A stretch of DNA of 64,000 nucleotides. Origin: Amoebidium appalachense (lineage: Eukaryota > Protista > Ichthyosporea). Below the pieces are notes generated by a model. The model saw nothing but the letters and a program-made list of their open reading frames with translations. It did not search any database and was not told where the DNA came from. The stretch is taken from positions 4,091,716 to 4,155,715 of the forward strand of contig CAVNZM010000005.1 in NCBI GenBank assembly GCA_963693365.1. The letters run 5' to 3'. The position numbers were made by a program, and so were the translations under genes. Shown in pieces: positions 59,488 to 64,000 of the stretch; the stretch's first letter is position 1; each line of letters opens with the position of its first letter.

Positions 59488-60659
59488 TTCGGTAACTGAC
59501 GGTGGACCTCTCCGGAATCCAAGTCGCAACTTACGTCAACTTGGCAACACGACGAAGACGGTGTCGTGGTAGGGACTGGGTTGTGTTAACGGTTACTATT
59601 GTTATTAAGTTAAGAGATGGGCCTTTGTGATTGGCTGTTTGACTGATTGGCTTGCTTCCCCGCCGTGTGTGTGTTTGTATGTGTGTGTGTGGGGGGGGGG
59701 GGGGGGGGGGATTATCATTGCCAATTTTTTTGTCAAGGCCTCAGTGAAACCAACTCGTCATCTCGGTGAGGGTAGTAAGAAGCTACTGTAAGGTGTATGT
59801 ACATAATGGTGCGGTGAAATGCAATTTTCAAGTTGTAAGAGTTGTTTAGCATGTATTTCTCTTTGTAAGTTGAAGTAAATCTTTGTCAGTTTGGCACCCC
59901 AGTCATGAGCCCTAGTGATATCTTTTGCTTTTGTACAGCTCATAGTATGTGAGTACATACACTTGATGAAAAAGTTTTGGAAAGTAACACTGGTAGATTA
60001 GGCTGGGGGTAATTCGGACATGTGTGATCGCGATCGTGCATTGCCGAAGGAAATTTCGGAATTTGCCATATTCGATCAGCCGGTCCCCCGCAATCTGGTA
60101 GATAGATTACTCGTACCCACCTAGTACCGAGGCTATATATTTGTGGGCAATCTGTGCGACATTTGGGCGCATACATTTTAGGGTAATAGCACGTCGTTCT
60201 ATGTTTGAAGTTTGGGTAGGTGGCTCAGTGATTTATTTTTGTGGTAGACTGTATGTTTTTGTTTTCTCCAGAGGCAATGCAGTAGCGCGCGGTGAGTAAA
60301 CAGAATTAATTTATTTTATTTGGTTGGCTTGCCTCTCAGTGATGCTGAAACCATGGGGCGGGGTTTTTGTTTCGATTATCTGGTTACCTATGTTACATGC
60401 AATGCCGCAGAGTTTAACTTCAAACCCATTTAGCATTAGATTTGCGGAGCAAAGATGGCATGTTTGTCCGGGAACCAATAAAATGACCTTTTTAAATCTG
60501 TTTCGTCATTTTAAATTATGGATAAGGCTGCACTGTGGTGGTTCAGTTGGCCCATTATTAATGCAACGCGCTGCCCTAGATACTACTAGAAGCCGCTTTA
60601 CAGATCATCGATGTCTTCCAGCTGACTCCTCAGTCATCTGCACCACCGCGGATCCTCAA

Positions 60660-60697
<38 letters not shown>

Positions 60698-61153
60698 TTT
60701 CCCCGCCACCGCCGTCGCTGCTGCTGGAGCCGGACACGTGCATTCGGGCAAATTTCATAAACGTTACGGCAGTGTTGCTGCAATGCCGGTATGCACATGT
60801 GGTTATTGGGACAGAGCCAGTCTGCCTAATGAATGTGGATTGACGATAATCACGGTGGGGTTGGGGTTGGAGGGTTGGGGGGGTGCTCAGGTCAAAGTGA
60901 TAATGATTATTATCCATGCTGAATAAATATCGGTCTGTGCTTGACGAAGCAGTGGCTCATACAAAAGAATATGTTGCTACAAGCCCCTTTAATGAAACGA
61001 AAACGTAATACTATGTTCATAATACAACACATTGATTAATATTTAAAATAGTTGACATATACCGGTAATCCCCATCGTTCCCACATAAAACCCATATAAT
61101 TTTTTTTTGAGTAGTCGATGTGTATAAACCGTTGTCACATCACTGATCCCGGC

Positions 61154-61445
61154 CTACTTTGTCTCAGTCTGTCCCGCAGGCATTGCAGCGGAAGCGAGAG
61201 CAGTAATGTACGAGTGCATTCGATGGTCGTCTAGAAAAGTGGCCGACAGCATGATGTCTTGGAACTGGGTGGGACTCTCGGCAGCAAGGTCGTAGGTGCT
61301 TGCACGTGGGCGCTGTGGGTGTGTGGTGGAGTTGGGTGCATGTGTGTGTGGGGGGGGAAGGGGGGGGGGGGGGGGGGGAAGAGAGGGGAGAGGGGGAAGG
61401 GGGGGTAAGAGGGGGCGGAGGGGTGGGGGGCTGGGGGGAGAGGGG

Positions 61446-61512
<67 letters not shown>

Positions 61513-62037
61513 CGTGTGTGTGTGTGCGTGCGTGTGTGGAGCGGCGAATGTATGTTGCACCGTGACGGCAGAGTAGCAGTTAGTAATTGGTCGCAAGAGC
61601 CAGTGTTTGTCTTTTCAGCAAGCTTTCCCCAAAACCGTTACAACCCCCCTCCCCCCCCCCTCCCCCCCCCCCCCACCCACCCACCCACTCACCCTTGCCC
61701 TCCCATCCGTCACACAAACACACATACATACATGGCGAACACACAAGCCCAACGCTGGCGCTGGCCCATGATGCGGGCGTTTCAGTGAAAGCCGGGTGTC
61801 AAAGGGGGGGGGGGGGGGGGGGGGGGGGGGGGAGGCAATACCCTAAACAGATAGTAGACGGTGGGGGGAGTGTAGAGTGGGCGCATGTCGAGTCTCTTCG
61901 GGTCCACTGGCTCGTGAGCTGCCTCTCCCTGCTTGACTTTGCTCTCCTCCTGTCACCACACAAACAACACATCAGAACCCCTGCTTTTCCTTCCCTCTCT
62001 CCCTTTTGCCCCTCACCCCCCCCCCCCCCCCTCCCCG

Positions 62038-62068
<31 letters not shown>

Positions 62069-62329
62069 TGCCCCACAAGGCCCCCCAAAAAACACAACCC
62101 TCAACCCTCCACACAAACACACACGGCACCCAAACCGCACCTACCCCACCCGGCAAAAAGGGCAGAATGAAAACCACAAACAAACATTTTGACCGCGACG
62201 TCCTACCCTGGTGAGGGTCACCAGCCTCTGACCACAAAGCAATAGTGTTGGTATTTTTTTTAAACCATGAAGCGGCACACACCAACACTAAAGTATTATC
62301 AGAACAAAACCCCCAGCCTTCTTTCTCCG

Positions 62330-62365
<36 letters not shown>

Positions 62366-62388
62366 CCCACTTGCCCTGCCCTCCTCCA

Positions 62389-62420
<32 letters not shown>

Positions 62421-62792
62421 ACCATCCCCACCCAAACCCCACCCCCCCACCCCACCAGCCCGCCGCCACTGCCATCACTCATTTCACTCCAAATCACGTC
62501 TACATCACTCACAACCAGATACATATCATCACAAGTGATCAGTACTATAATAGAAACAGTGCCACACGTGTTATTACTAATGACATTAAGAGCAAAACCA
62601 ACCAGCCCAACACCCACCTCTCCCTTGAGGGACTGCAGCCAAGATGCCGCATGCTCCCTCTCAGCTGTGACGTCATTTGCCCACTGTCGCGCCGCATTTT
62701 CCCTCCGTGCCACCTCCTCCTGGCTCACCTGGATCATCCATTGCACCCCACCACCAACACCGGACGCTAGGCTGCGGGCAGTGGCTTCAACC

Positions 62793-62863
<71 letters not shown>

Positions 62864-63175
62864 TGGCAGGGAAAGTAGGGACAAGGAGAGGGCTGTTATA
62901 GACCTATCAAAAAAGGACAGAACACACGTCGAGGGTACTTGGACTATCACATCGGAAAATCCAATATTTTGATAGGACAGAACACACGTCGAGGGTACTT
63001 GGACTATCACATCGGAAAATCCAATAATGGGGCAGCATGTGTCAACTGCTCCTCCCCCTCCCCTCCCCCCCCCCCTCCGTCCAACCGGGGCGACAGCACA
63101 CACACGACCTCCCATATACATACAGCCATCCTCACCTACCCTCCCACCTACTCAACGGCCACACACACACACACG

Positions 63176-63207
<32 letters not shown>

Positions 63208-63234
63208 CCAACCACACACACCGTGACACACATA

Positions 63235-63293
<59 letters not shown>

Positions 63294-63531
63294 GCGCACA
63301 CGCACACGCACACGCACACGCACACGCACACGCACACGCACATGCACACGCACGTGGCCCGCCCGCCCGCCCGCAGACACACACGCGCGCGCGCGCCCGC
63401 ACACACACACACACCTTTGCGGCTGCCTGGCTTACGGCCTCGTCGTCTCCATCGATTGCCCCACTGACCAATGCACCAAACAAATCCTTCACTGCCCCGG
63501 CAAGCTCCGTTCCAGCCTCAACAATGCGCTC
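61154..63531 (-). CDS. Class 3 lipase (diacylglycerol-lipase-like), 3' exons; gene starts further right
   Basis: Phase-0 exons 63531-63415, 62728-62618, 61949-61842, 61312-61154; [11 protein letters not shown] and [23 protein letters not shown] match the lipase_3/DAGL C-terminal PLYPPG and catalytic-His (DH..Y..AL) motifs. GxSxG not seen in window. Confidence 0.72.
62914..63025. repeat. Perfect two-copy tandem duplication, 60-bp period
   Basis: aggacagaacacacgtcgagggtacttggactatcacatcggaaaatccaata twice. Confidence 0.9.
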
Positions 63532-63532
63532 C

Positions 63533-63578
<46 letters not shown>

Positions 63579-63715
63579 TGTGTGTGCGTCCGTGTGTGTG
63601 TGTGTGTGTGTGTGTGCGTGTGTGCGTGCGTGCGTGCTGTGTGTGTGTGTGTGTGTGTGTGCGTGTGTAGGTGTGTGTGTGTGTGTGTGCGTGTGTAGGT
63701 GTGTGTGTGCGTGTG

Positions 63716-63855
<140 letters not shown>

Positions 63856-64000
63856 GATGTGCGAGCTTCTTCTAGGCAAAGCTCAGGGGTGAGGGATTCC
63901 GTAGTGGGGGAAGGAAGGGGAGAGGGCTTGGGTAGGTGGGTGGGGGGGTGGGTGGGGGGGGGGGGGGGAGGGGGAGGAGGAGGAGGGAAGGTGGGGACAA

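Overview
Eukaryotic, intron-rich DNA whose introns are packed with (GT/CA)n, (GA)n and poly-G/C tracts; almost all ORFs in the supplied track are microsatellite noise. Hand splicing gives, in order: the 5' exon of a flavin monooxygenase (-); a decayed, intron-containing tyrosine-recombinase (Crypton-like) gene with CpG-deamination scars (+); a 21-exon DNAJC7-like TPR+J-domain gene with a long FxFG-rich N-terminus (-) hosting four tRNA-Ala(AGC) genes in one intron; a double-PWWP MUM1/PWWP3A-like gene (+); a Nur1/Mug154-like nuclear-rim gene (-); an unknown gene with a 2.2-kb terminal exon (+); and the 3' half of a class 3 lipase (-). The most striking non-genic signal is a family of 5'-truncated retroelement-like copies that always abut poly-C tracts and carry a covarying, pseudoknotted RNA structure with a partial hammerhead-like core. 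There is also a Harbinger/Tourist-type MITE and several tandem duplications of splice-site regions. The gene mix suggests a unicellular opisthokont (inference). All family calls are by-eye motif recognition, not database searches.
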